Assembly (NCBI GenBank): GCA_032718475.1
Contig: JAUCBJ010006752.1
Location: 37,179-101,178 of the forward strand
Source: Nemertoderma westbladi
Lineage: Eukaryota > Animalia > Xenacoelomorpha
DNA length: 64,000 nucleotides
Direction of reading: 5' to 3'
Part shown: positions 62,847 through 64,000 of the stretch, piece by piece
Layout: each line of letters begins with the position of its first letter
Position numbering within the stretch: position 1 is the first letter of the stretch
Position numbers and translations under genes: made by a program
The notes under the pieces: model-generated
Databases searched by the model: none
The model's input: only the letters and a program-made list of their open reading frames with translations
What the model was told of the DNA's origin: nothing

Positions 62847-63504
62847 TATGTTTGTACTGGAATTTACTTTAGATATAAGCTAAGGAAAGGTAGCGATTAT
62901 TAAAAAATAACTTTTCCGATGGAAATATTATTGTTATTTTGTAAGTTAAATTGAAATTAAAAATAAAGTAAAATATAAATCCTTAAAAACGAATGTAGGC
63001 CTATATAACAAAATGTAGCTGCCTCTTATGTGTCACTATACACAATTCTGAATTATTTAATTTTTTCCAATCGGGGCCAATAATATAGATAACCCGCAGC
63101 ATTTAGTATTTAGTTTGCTGCATTGCAGAAATCTTAATCATATTCCTCTAGAAGATATGCCTACTTTAATATGTAACAAGATGTTGTGAAGACAGGCTCG
63201 TTTGTGATTATTTTATAAGTAAGCATAAGTAGCATTAATAAGTAGGACTGTAGGCCTATGCCATTAGGAAGAGCCAGGCCAAGGTGGGTTATAATAACCA
63301 GTAATCTTTGGTAGCATCTGTGAATCGAAGTAATTCAATACAATTCAATCTAAATTTATGTTTCCAATAGTCATGAATAATATTCATTATCATAAGCCTA
63401 CACAGTAACATGTACAGTATTTGTATTACTGTAAAATTAATTACAAACTAACATTAACATAATCAGTGGATGGATGGTGGGGCTAGTGAGTTACATCCAC
63501 CATG

Positions 63505-63775
63505 TGGAAGAGGTGGTGGTGCGGTGTGGGATGGGGTTCGGGGTGGAGGGTTGGGCGTGGTGGGGGGGGGGGGGGGTTGGGGGTAGAGGGTTTGGGGTGG
63601 AGGGTGGGATTGGATGTGATGGAGTTCGGGGTGGAGGGTTCGGGGTTGTGGGGGGGGGGGGTTGGGGTGGGATTTGGTTCTGGGTTGAGGGTTGGGGTGG
63701 ATGATTCGGGGTGGAGGGGGGTGGGATGTGTTTCGGGGTGGATGGTTTTTGGGTGGGGGGGGGGGGGGGGGGGCA
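63505..63775. repeat. G-rich low-complexity tract
   Basis: Degenerate ggggtggagggtt repeats and G runs. Confidence 0.85.
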
Positions 63776-64000
63776 TGAGCATGAGCATGGGCAAGTCCGC
63801 AGAAATTCGAAAATCAATGTGCTGTTAAGAAATTGGAATACCGCAATATTTAAATAATTGGTTAAGGCAGAATAAAAGTACGGCGGTAAATTTATTTTCT
63901 TGTCCCATTGCTGGTGTTGACGTGTAACATGGGTATGGTTGGAAAATCTAACACAATATTTTTTAAGTCTACTGTATGCGATTCAAGCGATCATGAAGAT

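Noticed and set aside
63474-63828. Pro-rich and Gly-rich ORFs
   Set aside because: Low-complexity G tract open in several frames on both strands.

Overview
AT-rich, intron-containing eukaryotic DNA, most likely from an invertebrate animal. Most entries in the supplied ORF track are spurious or repeat-derived. The main gene is a minus-strand PHF14 orthologue, which I assembled by hand as 15 GT-AG exons (33940 to 6518, 2727 nt, about 908 aa). It appears to carry two extra exons encoding a C2H2 finger and a GATA-spaced C4 finger. Four of its introns contain tandem arrays built from their own splice-junction sequence (three donors, one acceptor). Its 10-kb intron 5 holds a same-strand nested two-exon gene, a decayed LINE, and the most striking feature: a ~412-bp non-coding unit with a tRNA-like Pol III head fused to a minimal type I hammerhead ribozyme, present as two tandem copies plus one inverted copy (retrozyme/Penelope-like layout). 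Upstream of PHF14 lie an LTR followed by a region encoding a DEDDy-exonuclease-like ORF, a solo LTR of the same family, a near-identical 3.9-kb duplication flanking a 4.8-kb insert, and an L2-type LINE whose ORF carries an in-frame decapeptide minisatellite. There are also nested MITEs, tRNA-derived SINEs and an intronless galactose-3-O-sulfotransferase gene. All coordinates were counted by eye; no database searches were run.
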